DNA of 64,000 nt from an uncultured Alphaproteobacteria bacterium (GCA_963742425.1 CAVULR010000003.1:23857-87856); one strand, 5' to 3'. Positions 34,250 through 45,093 are shown, numbered from the stretch's first letter. Notes: generated by a model not told the origin, from the letters alone. Made by a program: numbers and translations.

Positions 34250-34747
34250 ATGGACCGCAAGACCGCCCCCGCCATCGAATACGGCGTAACGCCGCCGGAA
34301 GTCATGGCGAAGATGGTGGGGATCGATTTTGTCCGCGCCATCTTCGATGGGACGCTGCCGGCGCCGCCGATCATGCAAAACATCGAGCCCTTCGATTCCA
34401 GCGCGGAGCCCGGTGTCGTCGTGATGCACTCCACGCCCAGCTTCCGGCACTACAATCCGATCGGCTCGGTGCACGGCGGCTATGCCGCGACCTTGCTGGA
34501 TTCAGTGATGGGGCTGGCCGTCCACAGCATGCTGCCGCCGGGGACCGGCTACACCACCCTCGAATTCAAGATCAGTTTCATCAGGGGCATGACCCGGGAT
34601 ACCGGCCCGGTGCGCAGCGAAGGCCGCACGTTGAACGTCGGCCGGCGTACCGCAACCGCGGAGGCGCGCATCACCGACGCACAAGGCCGCTTGCTGGCGC
34701 ATGCCACCACGACCTGCCTGGTATTTGAGATTCCCAAAGAAAAGTAG
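34250..34747 (+). CDS. PaaI-family thioesterase
   Basis: HYNPIGSVHGG-ATLLD hot-dog motif; near-palindrome ATGACGATCATCAT at 34210..34223 may be an operator. Confidence 0.9.
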   Translation: MDRKTAPAIEYGVTPPEVMAKMVGIDFVRAIFDGTLPAPPIMQNIEPFDSSAEPGVVVMHSTPSFRHYNPIGSVHGGYAATLLDSVMGLAVHSMLPPGTGYTTLEFKISFIRGMTRDTGPVRSEGRTLNVGRRTATAEARITDAQGRLLAHATTTCLVFEIPKEK

Positions 34748-34841
34748 GCGGCTTGCACCGGTGGCACCATCGCGGGGCCGCGTTGTCCCGGCCGCCATAT
34801 CGTGCTGCAATGGCCCATAAAGCAAATATGGGAAACGCTCC

Positions 34842-35942
34842 ATGACTTCAGCCAAATCGGACATGACCATTCGCGATGTGCGCGTCACCATGCTGCGCAT
34901 GCCCTGGGCGCAGGATCCCTGGCTCAAGGGCCATGCGCTCGGGCAGACGCGCGACATCCTGATTTGCGACGTCGAGACCGCCGGCGGCGTCACCGGAATG
35001 GGCTATCTGTTTTTGTTCCGCCCCGGCATGAAGTCGATCGCCGCCTGCCTCGACGAATGCGTCATCCCCCGCGTCAAGGGCAAGGACGCGACCGCGATCG
35101 AAGCGATCTGGCGCGATTTGTGGACCGCGACCATGACCTATGGCCGTGGCGGCATCGCCGCAATGGCGATGTCGGCGCTCGACATCGCATTGTGGGACGC
35201 GGTCGGCAAGCGCGCCGGACTGCCGCTGCACCGGCTGTGGGGCCATTACCGCTCTCAAATTCCGATCTACGGCTCCGGCTGCTTCCGCGGCGCCGGCGGC
35301 GACGGCATGATCGAGAAGGCGCTGCACTACGTCAAGCACGGCTACAAGGCGATCAAGATGCAGGTCGCCCATGTTCATACGCCGGTGCAGGACCTCGACA
35401 ATGTGCGCCGCATGCGCGAGGCGCTCGGGCCCGACATCGACATCATGATCGACGTCAACATGGGCTGGAGCGCGGATCTCGCGATCGAAATGGGACGCAA
35501 GCTCGAGCCGTACAATATCTACTGGTTGGAAGAGCCGGTGCCGGCCGACGACTTCGCCGGTTATCAGCGTATCGCAGCCGCGCTCGACATGCGGATCGTG
35601 GGCGGCGAGACCCATTTCACACGCTACGATCTGCGGCCGTTCTTCCTCAATCCCTGCCTGCCGATCCTGCAGCCCGATCCGATGCGCGGCGGCATGACGG
35701 ATTTGCGCAAGATCGCCGCGCTCGCCGATACCTGGGGCGTCACCATCGCGCCGCATCTGTTTCCGGAACTGAACGTGCACCTGCTGGCTTCGATACCAAA
35801 CGGCATCTGGTGCGAGAATATGGGGTTGATCGACGATCTCTGGGTCGATCCGCCCGAGATCGCCGACGGCATGATCACGGCGCCGGAGCGGCCCGGACAC
35901 GGGCTGAGATTCAAGGAAGAAGTCCTGAAGTTCCGGATCTAG
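34842..35942 (+). CDS. Mandelate racemase-subgroup enolase superfamily enzyme
   Basis: DIALWD, metal ligands IDVN/LEEP/GGET, QPD and APH dyad. Confidence 0.88.
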   Translation: MTSAKSDMTIRDVRVTMLRMPWAQDPWLKGHALGQTRDILICDVETAGGVTGMGYLFLFRPGMKSIAACLDECVIPRVKGKDATAIEAIWRDLWTATMTYGRGGIAAMAMSALDIALWDAVGKRAGLPLHRLWGHYRSQIPIYGSGCFRGAGGDGMIEKALHYVKHGYKAIKMQVAHVHTPVQDLDNVRRMREALGPDIDIMIDVNMGWSADLAIEMGRKLEPYNIYWLEEPVPADDFAGYQRIAAALDMRIVGGETHFTRYDLRPFFLNPCLPILQPDPMRGGMTDLRKIAALADTWGVTIAPHLFPELNVHLLASIPNGIWCENMGLIDDLWVDPPEIADGMITAPERPGHGLRFKEEVLKFRI

Positions 35943-36009
35943 AGAAAGGGAACGTGAGCGGCCGACTGCGGTTTATTGCGCCATGCAGCTTGCGTCAGGA
36001 GAGAACGTC

Positions 36010-36534
36010 ATGCCGGTTGTCAGCGAGGATCTCGAACCTCTCACCGTTGTCTTTGCGGACGATGGACTGGTTCCCAACAACCCGATGCCGTTTGTGGTCT
36101 ACAAAGGCGCGGTCGATGTCGATAACAATCATCCCGAAAAGACCATCGAGGGGCTGTTCGGCGCCAATGGCTGGGGAGATATGTGGCGCAACGGCGTCTA
36201 CGACTATCTGCACTATCACGCCACGGTTCACGAAGTGCTGGGCGTCGCCCGTGGCCATGCGCGAGTGAGGTTCGGCGGTGACCGCGGCAAGCCGTTCGAT
36301 CTCGCCGCCGGCGATGTCGCAATCCTGCCCGCCGGCACCGGACATCAATGCCTGTCAGCGAGCGAAGACTTCTCCGTGGTCGGCGCCTATCCGCCGGGCG
36401 CGAAGATGCAGGTGACGCGGCCGACGCCGGAGAACTACCGCAAAGCGCTGAAGACGATTCCGGAAGTCAGGCGGCCGAACAGCGATCCGGTGCGCGGAGC
36501 GGACGGGCCGCTGGTCAAGCTGTGGAATCGCTAG
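36010..36534 (+). CDS. Cupin protein (YjlB-like)
   Basis: HYHATVHEVLG, PAGTGH, VGAYP; GGAAC-N16-GGTT promoter at 35949..35973. Confidence 0.85.
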   Translation: MPVVSEDLEPLTVVFADDGLVPNNPMPFVVYKGAVDVDNNHPEKTIEGLFGANGWGDMWRNGVYDYLHYHATVHEVLGVARGHARVRFGGDRGKPFDLAAGDVAILPAGTGHQCLSASEDFSVVGAYPPGAKMQVTRPTPENYRKALKTIPEVRRPNSDPVRGADGPLVKLWNR

Positions 36535-37510
36535 ACGTTGAGGTCTCGGATCCGAAATTTTGCCGGAATTGGTCGATCCACATCTTGACCGCAAAGATAT
36601 CGAGAACAACGGCGAAGACGCCGAACACGGCCCGCCCGAAAGCCTCCGCGGGCATGAAACCGAAACCCATGAAGCTGCCGCCGAACTTGCGTTCGCCGGG
36701 AACGAAGGCAACCCAGTCGAAGGTCAGCGCAAAGCCGGTGATCAGCAACGTCGCCAGTAGCGCCTGCCACTTCCGGTGTTCGGGCGGCAGCGCCATGAGG
36801 ATTCCGGCGAATACGAACATCAGGCCGGCGGGCACTGCCATCAAATGATCCGCCGTCAGTGGATCGGCATGGATCGCGGAATAGACGGCGAAGCCGACCA
36901 GCATCAGGCCCATCGCAGCGCAGCCAAGCCCGACCGCGAGCCCGCCGCGCGAAGCGTTATCGCCGGCCGGCGCGGCGCGAGCCTCTCGCGCTCTCAGATA
37001 TCTTGCCAGCATCAGCAGGCCGGCGGATGCGATGGCGGCAATCATGAACAAGGTAATATCCGTGTGCATCCGATCCGCATCGCCGGATATTTCGGCTGAC
37101 GCAAAGAACGCGCGATTTTCCTGGGACGGATCAACGCGAATATCGACTTGACTGCCCTTGCCGTGCAGCGCCGCCCAGGCTCGCAGCCTGGCCGCTTCAG
37201 CTTCCGAAAATACCGAATTCGAGGTTGGCGTTGCGATCAACTGCTTGCCGTTCAGTTCGTACCGCACGCGATAACGCAAGTTCCATACCGTCCCGCCGTC
37301 CTTTGGCGCCCGCGACGTAGCAACGACGCCTCCCCGTTCAACGACGGCCGATACGACCGGCCAAGGCGCTTGCGTGATCTGGGAATACCCGTCGCTTAAC
37401 GTGACGCAGCCGGCAAAAATGGCGCACAGGCCGGCGAACAGGCCGAATAATCCAGACAGGCCGGATGCCGTCATCTGTCGGGTGGTGCGCGAAAAGGTCA
37501 AATCGGCCAT
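36515..37510 (-). CDS. Membrane protein with DUF3592-like region
   Basis: TM, WP-V...VRY...G-QVDIRVDP, then several TM helices. Confidence 0.65.
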   Translation of the reverse strand: MADLTFSRTTRQMTASGLSGLFGLFAGLCAIFAGCVTLSDGYSQITQAPWPVVSAVVERGGVVATSRAPKDGGTVWNLRYRVRYELNGKQLIATPTSNSVFSEAEAARLRAWAALHGKGSQVDIRVDPSQENRAFFASAEISGDADRMHTDITLFMIAAIASAGLLMLARYLRAREARAAPAGDNASRGGLAVGLGCAAMGLMLVGFAVYSAIHADPLTADHLMAVPAGLMFVFAGILMALPPEHRKWQALLATLLITGFALTFDWVAFVPGERKFGGSFMGFGFMPAEAFGRAVFGVFAVVLDIFAVKMWIDQFRQNFGSETSTSSDSTA

Positions 37511-37670
37511 GGCGGCTCGACCGGGATCGAATAGGCTATGTCAATGCGGGAGTTTTAGTAGACGCGGACTTCTAAGAAGCCGGTCATGATTTCCCGGGCA
37601 TTTGTGCATGCGCCTAAACGAAGGTTAACCCGTCCGATTTTTTGACGTCTCCGGGGACCTGTAAGGGTAA

Positions 37671-38198
37671 CTACGCCGCGTTGGCGCCTTCCTGGCGGCT
37701 GGCCTCGAACAGGAACCAGGTGCGGCGCTCGGTCTCATCGATGAAAAGCTCGAGCAGCCCGGCGGTACCGGAATCCTCGTGATCGTCGGCGAGCTTGTGG
37801 GCCTTTCGCATCGCCTGGGCCATGTGCTTGTTGTCCTCCATCAGCTCGCGCAGCATCTCGCGCGGCGGCACGTAGCTCTCGTTATTGTCCTGAATAGTCT
37901 GCAATTTGCCGATCTGCCCGATCGAGCGCAGCGTCGTGCCGCCGAGCTTGCGGACCCGTTCGGCCAGTTGATCGGTGGTCGCGAAAATCGCGTCGGATTG
38001 CTCGTCGAGCATCAGGTGGTAGTCGCGGAAATGCCGGCCGCTCACGTGCCAGTGGAAGTTCTTGGTCTTAAGGTAGAGCGCGAAGGCGTCAGCCAAGAGC
38101 GTGTTGAGGGACGCCGAAAGCTTCTCCACCGCGGCCCGCGGCAGATCGGTCGGTGTATCGAGATCGGGGGAAACCTTGTCGGACCTGGCTTTGCTCAC
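37671..38198 (-). CDS. dps: DNA starvation/stationary-phase protection protein
   Basis: LYLKTKNFHWHV, FRDYHL, DQLAERVR, ERRTWFL. Confidence 0.95.
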   Translation of the reverse strand: MSKARSDKVSPDLDTPTDLPRAAVEKLSASLNTLLADAFALYLKTKNFHWHVSGRHFRDYHLMLDEQSDAIFATTDQLAERVRKLGGTTLRSIGQIGKLQTIQDNNESYVPPREMLRELMEDNKHMAQAMRKAHKLADDHEDSGTAGLLELFIDETERRTWFLFEASRQEGANAA

Positions 38199-38260
38199 GA
38201 TGGACCTTCCTGTTAGGAACCGGATAATGACGGCATTGGACTTGGGCCGCCGGACCATCT

Positions 38261-38285
38261 AACGCATCATCGACACACCTGTTCC
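38261..38285 (-). promoter_or_regulatory. EcfG (sigmaT)-type promoter of dps
   Basis: GGAAC-N16-CGTT on the minus strand. Confidence 0.75.
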
Positions 38286-38321
38286 GTCGCAGGAACCCTG
38301 TTTCACCGGACCCGTTCTCTC

Positions 38322-39029
38322 ATGGACGACTGGATCGATTATTACGATTCCACGCATACGATTTATGCGAGCAAGCTGCATCGGGACCTGCATTTTCAGG
38401 CGATCGCACGGGATATCATCGGCTACATCACCTCAGCCGACGCGGTGGTATTGGATTATGCCTGCGGCGAAGCCTTGTCCGCGGCGAAGGTAGCGGATTC
38501 TTGCGGCCAGCTTATCCTGGCGGAGCCCGCGCCGGGCGTGCGCGGCCGGCTGATCGCGCGCTTTGCCCCGAATACGAAGATTCGGGTGCGTTCGCTCGAC
38601 GACCTGCGGAATATGCAGGAAAAATCCGTCGATCTCGCGGTGATGAACTCGGTGGCGCAGTATATGACGCCGATTGAACTTGATTTCGCCTTCGCCGTGA
38701 TCCGTCGGCTGCTAAAACCCGGCGGCCGCCTGATTTTGGGCGACATCCTTCGCCCCGAGGTAGGCATGGGCCGCGACGTGCTGGCGCTGTTGCGCTTCGC
38801 CGCCCGCCAGGGCTTTCTGAAAGATGCCCTGATCGGGCTGCTTTCCACCGCGCTGTCGGATTACCGGCAGTTGCGTTCGCGCGTCGGATTACAGCGCTAC
38901 AGCGAGAGCGAGATGATCGCAAAGCTCGGGGCGGGCGGATTTACCGCCTCGCGCGCGCAGGTCAATATCGGACACAATCCCTGGCGGATGACCTTCGTGG
39001 CGCGGCATGCCTTCTCGCCCCGGGGTTAG
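38322..39029 (+). CDS. Class I SAM-dependent methyltransferase
   Basis: VLDYACGE, NSVAQY, LLKPGG-LILGD. Confidence 0.85.
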   Translation: MDDWIDYYDSTHTIYASKLHRDLHFQAIARDIIGYITSADAVVLDYACGEALSAAKVADSCGQLILAEPAPGVRGRLIARFAPNTKIRVRSLDDLRNMQEKSVDLAVMNSVAQYMTPIELDFAFAVIRRLLKPGGRLILGDILRPEVGMGRDVLALLRFAARQGFLKDALIGLLSTALSDYRQLRSRVGLQRYSESEMIAKLGAGGFTASRAQVNIGHNPWRMTFVARHAFSPRG

Positions 39030-39083
39030 GGTTACCGCGCGTTAGGCGTCGCTCAACTCGGTGCGATCGGCGATGATCCGGCC

Positions 39084-39160
39084 GGCCCGGTGGCGGAACG
39101 CGTTGACGCAAGAGCAGTGCATCGCTCATTATCCTGGTTCAAATCCAGGCCGGGCCTCCA
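39084..39160 (+). tRNA. tRNA-Cys-like RNA (atypical or pseudo-tRNA)
   Basis: Acceptor GGCCCGG/CCGGGCC, U73 and CCA; perfect T-arm CCTGG-TTCAAAT-CCAGG; 8-nt anticodon loop containing T-GCA; D-loop lacks GG. Confidence 0.7.
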
Positions 39161-39250
39161 GCCTTCGCTGCTGTCGCAGCTTCGGCTGGGCAAGCCAGCC
39201 CCGATCATGGTCCGCCGCGTGCCCGCCGTAGCCCGAAGGGCGAAGGCGGC
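39161..39250. repeat. GCCTTCGC/GCTTCGGC-type palindromic repeat pair
   Basis: GCCTTCGCTGCTGTCGCAGCTTCGGC ... CGCCGTAGCCCGAAGGGCGAAGGCGG; resembles the nested unit at 3407..3475. Confidence 0.7.
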
Positions 39251-39356
39251 AAGCTCGTAGAACGAAGCCGTGTATTGGGCCTTTAAGGGCCTTTCGCGGG
39301 TGCGGAATTTGGTCTAAAGACCACCCGCGCGCGAGGGCAACCTGGCGCTTGGGGTC

Positions 39357-39386
39357 AAGGGACGCGCGGCGGCGCGCCCTTTTTTT
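39357..39386 (+). terminator. Intrinsic terminator just upstream of carB
   Basis: AAGGG-A-CGCGC/GCGCG-CCCTT stem followed by a T run. Confidence 0.65.
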
Positions 39387-39414
39387 GTGCCCGATTCCCC
39401 GTCCGTGAGTTTTG

Positions 39415-42400
39415 ATGCCCAAAAGAACTGACATTTCCACCATCCTGATCATCGGCGCCGGTCCCATCGTGATCGGCCAGGCCTGCGAATTCGACTATTC
39501 CGGCACGCAAGCGGTCAAGACGCTGAAGGAAGAGGGCTATCGCATCGTCCTCGTCAATTCCAATCCGGCCACCATCATGACCGATCCGGAACTGGCGGAT
39601 GCGACCTACATCGAGCCGATCACGCCCGAGATCGTCGCCAAGATCATCGAGAAGGAGCGCCATGTCGTTCCCGGCGGGTTCGCGCTGTTGCCGACAATGG
39701 GCGGACAGACCGCGCTGAACTGCGCGCTGTCGCTGCGCCGGCAGGGGACGCTGGCAGAATTCGACGTCGAAATGATCGGGGCCACCGCCGACGCCATCGA
39801 CAAGGCCGAGGATCGCGGCCGCTTCCGCGAAGCCATGACCCGAATCGGGCTGGAAACGCCGCGTTCGGTGCAGACCAAAACCCTGCCCGATGCGCTGCGT
39901 GCGCTCGACGACATCGGCCTGCCCGCGATCATCCGGCCGTCCTTCACCATGGGCGGCACCGGCGGCGGCATCGCCTACACCAAGGCCGAGTTCATCGAAA
40001 TCGTCGAGCGCGGCATCGACGCCTCCCCCACCAACGAGGTCCTGATCGAGGAATTGGTCCTCGGCTGGAAGGAATTCGAGATGGAGGTGGTGCGCGACAA
40101 AAAAGACAATTGCATCATCATCTGCTCGATCGAGAACCTCGATCCGATGGGCGTGCATACCGGCGATTCCATCACAATCGCACCCGCGCTGACGTTGACG
40201 GACAAGGAATACCAGATCATGCGCGACGCCTCGCTGGCGGTGCTGCGCGAGATCGGGGTGGAGACCGGCGGCTCCAATGTGCAGTTCGGCGTCAATCCGG
40301 CCGACGGTCGCATGGTGGTGATCGAGATGAACCCGCGGGTGTCGCGCTCCTCCGCGCTGGCGTCCAAGGCCACCGGCTTTCCGATTGCCAAGGTCGCGGC
40401 CAAGCTTGCGATCGGTTACACGCTGGACGAGATCGCCAACGACATCACTGGCGGCGCAACGCCGGCTTCGTTCGAGCCTACCATCGACTATGTCGTCACC
40501 AAGATTCCGCGCTTTGCGTTCGAGAAGTTTCCCGGCGCCTCGACGACGCTGACCACCTCGATGAAGTCGGTCGGCGAAGTGATGGCGATCGGCCGCACTT
40601 TTCAGGAGAGCCTGCAAAAGGCGCTGCGCGGCCTCGAAACCGGGCTGACCGGGCTCGACGAAATCGAGATCGAAGGGCTCGGCCGCAGCGACGACAAAAA
40701 CGCGATCCGCGCCGCGCTGGGCACGCCGACGCCGGATCGTCTGCTGCAGGTGGCGCAGGCGATGCGGCTCGGCTGGTCGAACGATGACATCTTCACGTCC
40801 TGCAAGATCGATCCGTGGTTTCTGGCGGAAATGCGCGGCATCGTCGAGATGGAGAGCAAGATCAAACAAAACGGTCTGCCGCAAAATGCATTCGGCATGC
40901 GGACCCTGAAGGCGATGGGCTTTTCCGATGCGCGGCTGGCGGTGCTGTCGGAGACGACCGAGGCCGATGTGACGGCGCGGCGTCACGCACTCGGGGTTCG
41001 TCCGGTGTTCAAGCGCATCGATACCTGCGCGGCCGAATTCGCCTCGCCCACCGCCTACATGTATTCGACCTATGAAGCGCCGTTCGCAGGCCACTTGGCA
41101 GACGAGAGCGCGCCCTCCGACAAGAACAAGGTCATCATTCTCGGCGGCGGGCCGAACCGGATCGGCCAGGGCATCGAATTCGACTACTGCTGCTGCCACG
41201 CCTGTTTCGCGTTGCACGATGCCGGCTATGAAACGATCATGATCAACTGCAATCCGGAAACGGTATCGACCGACTACGACACTGCCGACAGATTGTACTT
41301 CGAGCCGCTGACGTCGGAAGACGTGCTTGAAATCATCGCGACCGAACGCAAAAACGGCACGCTTCATGGCGTCATCGTCCAGTTCGGCGGCCAGACTCCG
41401 CTCAAGCTCGCCCGCGCGCTGGAAGCGGCCGATGTGCCGATCCTCGGCACCTCGCCCGACGCGATCGATCTCGCCGAAGACCGCGACCGTTTCAAGCGCG
41501 TGCTCGACAAGCTGCGGCTGAAGCAGCCGAAAAACGGCATTGCCTATTCGGTCGAGCAGGCGCGGCTGGTGGCAGCCGATCTCGGCCTGCCGCTGGTGGT
41601 GCGTCCGTCCTATGTGCTGGGCGGCCGCGCGATGCAGATCATCCGCGAGGAAACCCAGCTCAGCGATTACCTGCTCGGCACCTTGCCAGAGCTGGTGCCA
41701 GCCGACGTCAAGGCGCGATATCCGAACGACAAGACCGGGCAGATCAACACCGTGCTCGGCAAGAACCCGCTGCTGTTCGACCGCTATCTATCCGACGCCA
41801 TCGAGATCGACGTCGACTGTCTTTGCGATGGCAAGGACACCTTCATCGTCGGCATCATGGAGCACATCGAGGAAGCCGGCATTCACTCCGGCGACTCCGC
41901 CTGCTCGCTGCCGCCGCATTCACTCGACGCCGGAATGATCTCCGAACTCGAGCGGCAGACGCGCGAACTGGCGCTCGGCCTCGACGTGGTCGGATTGATG
42001 AACGTACAATACGCCATCAAGGACGGCGAGATCTACGTGCTCGAGGTCAATCCGAGGGCGTCGCGGACGGTGCCGTTTGTCGCCAAGGTAATCGGCATGC
42101 CGGTGGCGAAGATCGCCGCCAGGCTGATGGCCGGCGAGAAGCTCGCCGATTTCAATTTGAAGAAGCGCAAGCTGGGCCATGTCGGCGTCAAGGAATTGGT
42201 GTTCCCCTTCGCCCGCTTTCCCGGCGTCGATACCGTGCTCGGTCCGGAGATGCGATCGACCGGCGAGGTGATGGGTATCGACCGCTCGTTCGAAATCGCC
42301 TTCGCCAAGAGCCAGATCGGCGGCGGCACCCGCGTGCCGCGCAAGGGCACCGTGTTCGTCTCCGTGCGCGACATCGACAAGACCCGTATCGCCGAAGCGG

Positions 42401-42744
42401 TGCAGCTATTGTCGGCGCTCGGTTTCAAGGTCATCGCCACCTCCGGAACGCAACGTTTCCTCGCCGATTTCGGCGTACCGACCGAAAAGGTAAACAAGGT
42501 GCTGGAGGGGCGGCCACATATTGTCGATGCCATCATGAATGGCGATATTCAGCTGGTATTCAATACCACGGAAGGGCCTCAGGCGCTCGCCGACAGCCGA
42601 TCGTTGCGACGGGCTGCCCTCTTGCATAAAGTGCCGTATTACACCACTCTTTCAGGAGCCGTGGCGGCCGCGCAGGGCATCCGCGCCTATCTGGGTGGGG
42701 ACCTTGAGGTCCGCACGCTGCAGAGTTACTTTTCCGAAACCTGA
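39415..42744 (+). CDS. carB: Carbamoyl-phosphate synthase large subunit
   Basis: [18 protein letters not shown], duplicated ATP-grasp domains, MGS domain. Confidence 0.98.
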   Translation: MPKRTDISTILIIGAGPIVIGQACEFDYSGTQAVKTLKEEGYRIVLVNSNPATIMTDPELADATYIEPITPEIVAKIIEKERHVVPGGFALLPTMGGQTALNCALSLRRQGTLAEFDVEMIGATADAIDKAEDRGRFREAMTRIGLETPRSVQTKTLPDALRALDDIGLPAIIRPSFTMGGTGGGIAYTKAEFIEIVERGIDASPTNEVLIEELVLGWKEFEMEVVRDKKDNCIIICSIENLDPMGVHTGDSITIAPALTLTDKEYQIMRDASLAVLREIGVETGGSNVQFGVNPADGRMVVIEMNPRVSRSSALASKATGFPIAKVAAKLAIGYTLDEIANDITGGATPASFEPTIDYVVTKIPRFAFEKFPGASTTLTTSMKSVGEVMAIGRTFQESLQKALRGLETGLTGLDEIEIEGLGRSDDKNAIRAALGTPTPDRLLQVAQAMRLGWSNDDIFTSCKIDPWFLAEMRGIVEMESKIKQNGLPQNAFGMRTLKAMGFSDARLAVLSETTEADVTARRHALGVRPVFKRIDTCAAEFASPTAYMYSTYEAPFAGHLADESAPSDKNKVIILGGGPNRIGQGIEFDYCCCHACFALHDAGYETIMINCNPETVSTDYDTADRLYFEPLTSEDVLEIIATERKNGTLHGVIVQFGGQTPLKLARALEAADVPILGTSPDAIDLAEDRDRFKRVLDKLRLKQPKNGIAYSVEQARLVAADLGLPLVVRPSYVLGGRAMQIIREETQLSDYLLGTLPELVPADVKARYPNDKTGQINTVLGKNPLLFDRYLSDAIEIDVDCLCDGKDTFIVGIMEHIEEAGIHSGDSACSLPPHSLDAGMISELERQTRELALGLDVVGLMNVQYAIKDGEIYVLEVNPRASRTVPFVAKVIGMPVAKIAARLMAGEKLADFNLKKRKLGHVGVKELVFPFARFPGVDTVLGPEMRSTGEVMGIDRSFEIAFAKSQIGGGTRVPRKGTVFVSVRDIDKTRIAEAVQLLSALGFKVIATSGTQRFLADFGVPTEKVNKVLEGRPHIVDAIMNGDIQLVFNTTEGPQALADSRSLRRAALLHKVPYYTTLSGAVAAAQGIRAYLGGDLEVRTLQSYFSET

Positions 42745-42885
42745 TCTTTAGGCCGGACTTTGATTCCGGCAATCGATCGGCAATGAAGCCCTCGTGACTG
42801 GGAACTGGCCAGCCATGAGAGTGTTCCGTTTCGGCGTTTGTGCGAACCGCGGATCGGTCCGCATGAAGTTGAAGGACGACAGAAG

Positions 42886-43362
42886 ATGATGGAAAAGGTA
42901 CCGATGACCGCCGGCGGGTACGCCGCCCTTGAGGTCGAATTGAAGCAGCGTCAGTCGGTGGAGCGTCCGCGCATCATCGAGCATATCGCAGAGGCGCGTT
43001 CGCACGGCGACCTTTCGGAGAACTCGGAATATCACGCGGCGAAGGAAGAGCAGTCCCACAATGAAGGCCGTATTGCCGAGTTGGAGGACAAGCTGGCGCG
43101 TGCCGATATCATCGACATCTCCAAGCTCTCCGGCGACACCATCAAGTTCGGCGCCACCGTCACGCTGGTCGATGAGGACACCGACAAGAAGGCGGTGTGG
43201 CAGATCGTGGGCGAACCGGAAGCCGATGCCAAAAAGGGCCGCATCTCCATCACCTCGCCTTTGGCGCGCGCGCTGATCGGCAAGAAAAAGGGCGCGTCGG
43301 TAGAAGTCATGGCGCCCGGAGGCGCCAAGGCCTACGAGATCACCAAGGTCGAGTGGCGCTGA
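42886..43362 (+). CDS. greA: Transcription elongation factor GreA
   Basis: [32 protein letters not shown]. Confidence 0.97.
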   Translation: MMEKVPMTAGGYAALEVELKQRQSVERPRIIEHIAEARSHGDLSENSEYHAAKEEQSHNEGRIAELEDKLARADIIDISKLSGDTIKFGATVTLVDEDTDKKAVWQIVGEPEADAKKGRISITSPLARALIGKKKGASVEVMAPGGAKAYEITKVEWR

Positions 43363-43392
43363 GCGGGCTTGAGCTTTATTCACAACACGAGG

Positions 43393-43420
43393 GGCCGGGA
43401 CAGTTTCCCGGCTCTTTTTT
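43393..43420 (+). terminator. Intrinsic terminator after greA
   Basis: GCCGGGA/TCCCGGC stem then CTCTTTTTT. Confidence 0.7.
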
Positions 43421-43592
43421 GCGCCTTTGTCGACCTTGCGCGAACACCTTGCCGGGGTCGATATTCCAATGCTGCATTTGCGAGATGTCACCGTTTTATT
43501 TTGGCGGCATGCTTTCGCCGGGGGGCGCGCCGCGATACGAATTGATGTTCGACTTTCGAATTAGGAGGCGACTTCAACCGGGGGAAGCAGTC

Positions 43593-43991
43593 ATGAATGA
43601 AACTCTTGCGGCGTGGGCGCCGCGCGTCTTGAGCCTGCTACGCATTTTCATCGGGCTGGAATTGCTTGAACACGGCACGGCAAAAATTCTCGGCTTTCCC
43701 GCCGTTCCCAGCTTAGCCAACATCCCGATCAATTCGCTCTTCGGAGTGGCTGGGGTGATCGAACTCATCGGGGGCGCGTTTCTGACGATCGGCTTGTTCA
43801 CGAGACCGGTCGCCTTCATCCTGTCCGGCTTTGCAGCCGTCGGATATTTCGTGGTGCATGTTGCCAGCAAGGGATTCTATCCGGTATTGAATGGCGGCGA
43901 ATTCGTCGGACTCCTGTGCTTCCTTGCGCTCTATCTCGCGTGCGCCGGCGCTGGCCCGTGGAGCCTTGACGCGATGATGAAGCGCGAATGA
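43593..43991 (+). CDS. DoxX family membrane protein
   Basis: LLRI..HG-AK, ELIGG, GLFTRPVAF, GAGPWSLD. Confidence 0.9.
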   Translation: MNETLAAWAPRVLSLLRIFIGLELLEHGTAKILGFPAVPSLANIPINSLFGVAGVIELIGGAFLTIGLFTRPVAFILSGFAAVGYFVVHVASKGFYPVLNGGEFVGLLCFLALYLACAGAGPWSLDAMMKRE

Positions 43992-44117
43992 TGGTGTGAC
44001 GAGGCGCCAAAGACGGTCAGATTGAGAGGCGTATTCAGGCAGCACCCGCAACGCGGCAGCTGCTCTTCGGAGCATGATGGATTTTGTCATGCTCACTTTT
44101 TGACCGGAGATCAAGCC

Positions 44118-44540
44118 ATGAAACCCAGCACAGTTTGGGCGCCCCGTGTCCTCAGTTTACTGCGGATTGTCGTCGGTCTGGTCCTGCTTCAGTACGGGCT
44201 CGCCAAGCTGTTTGGCTGGCCGGCCGTCAGGATGTTCGAGAATTTGAAATGGCTTTCGCTGTTCGGCATCGCCGGCATGTTCGAGCTGGTCGGCGGCACA
44301 CTGCTGGTCCTCGGCCTTTTCACCCGGCCGGTGGCGTTTATCCTGTCCGGCGAAATGGCGGCCGCCTATTTCATCGAACATTTGCCGCTCAGCTTCCTTC
44401 CGATTCTGAGCGAAGGCGATCTCGCCGTCAGCCTTTGCTTTACGTTTTTTTATCTGTCCTTCGCAGGCGGCGGGCCCTGGAGCCTCGACGCCGTCTTGCG
44501 CGCCGACAACGCACCACCGCGAGAGGTATCGCGGAGTTAG
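44118..44540 (+). CDS. DoxX family membrane protein
   Basis: LLRI..YG-AK, ELVGG, GLFTRPVAF, GGGPWSLD. Confidence 0.9.
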   Translation: MKPSTVWAPRVLSLLRIVVGLVLLQYGLAKLFGWPAVRMFENLKWLSLFGIAGMFELVGGTLLVLGLFTRPVAFILSGEMAAAYFIEHLPLSFLPILSEGDLAVSLCFTFFYLSFAGGGPWSLDAVLRADNAPPREVSRS

Positions 44541-44546
44541 CCGAAC

Positions 44547-45002
44547 TCAGAATTCCCTGCCGATCATATGGTCTATCGAATAGCGGCCGCCGCCCTTGAA
44601 AAAGATCGCGATACAGAGCAGCGCCCATAACAAGGCATACTCGTATCCGCGCGCCGTCCAGAAATAGCCGAACTGCCATTGGAAAACGAAAATGATGACC
44701 AGCATCTCAATTCCGATGACGGCCGCGGCGATCCGGGTGAAGAGACCGATGGCCAGGCAGACCGCGGCAACGGATTCGGCGAAATACGTCAGATAGGACA
44801 ATCCCTCCGCAAACGGCAGCCCTTTGGCTGCAATGTTCGGAGCGAATTTGGCGATTGGAACATTCATCACCTTCTGGATACCGTGCGGCACCAGGACCGC
44901 GCCGGTCGCAAAACGCATGAAGGCGTAAGAAAACGGGGAAAAGCGCTCGTAGAGGCCCGCGAGCGCCGGGAAAATAAGCTTTGGTTCACCCTGTGCGGCC
45001 AT
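44547..45002 (-). CDS. DoxX family membrane protein
   Basis: MRF..HGIQK, GLFTR, GYEY, GGGRYSID. Confidence 0.9.
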   Translation of the reverse strand: MAAQGEPKLIFPALAGLYERFSPFSYAFMRFATGAVLVPHGIQKVMNVPIAKFAPNIAAKGLPFAEGLSYLTYFAESVAAVCLAIGLFTRIAAAVIGIEMLVIIFVFQWQFGYFWTARGYEYALLWALLCIAIFFKGGGRYSIDHMIGREF

Positions 45003-45093
45003 TGAATTCTCCCCAGGTTTGCCCGGACGTTGCCGCGCATGCCTCGTTAACACGCTAACACCGTCTAGATATCGCTATTCCGGATCTGCAATT

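Noticed and set aside
39084-39250. tRNA as an integration site (att) of an island
   Set aside because: No integrase and no duplicated tRNA 3' end seen in the window
39355-41367. 670-aa antisense ORF over carB (also 7896..9707, 32893..34434, 1348..2586 and similar)
   Set aside because: Shadow ORFs expected from GC-rich codon bias opposite well-conserved genes; no motifs or RBS
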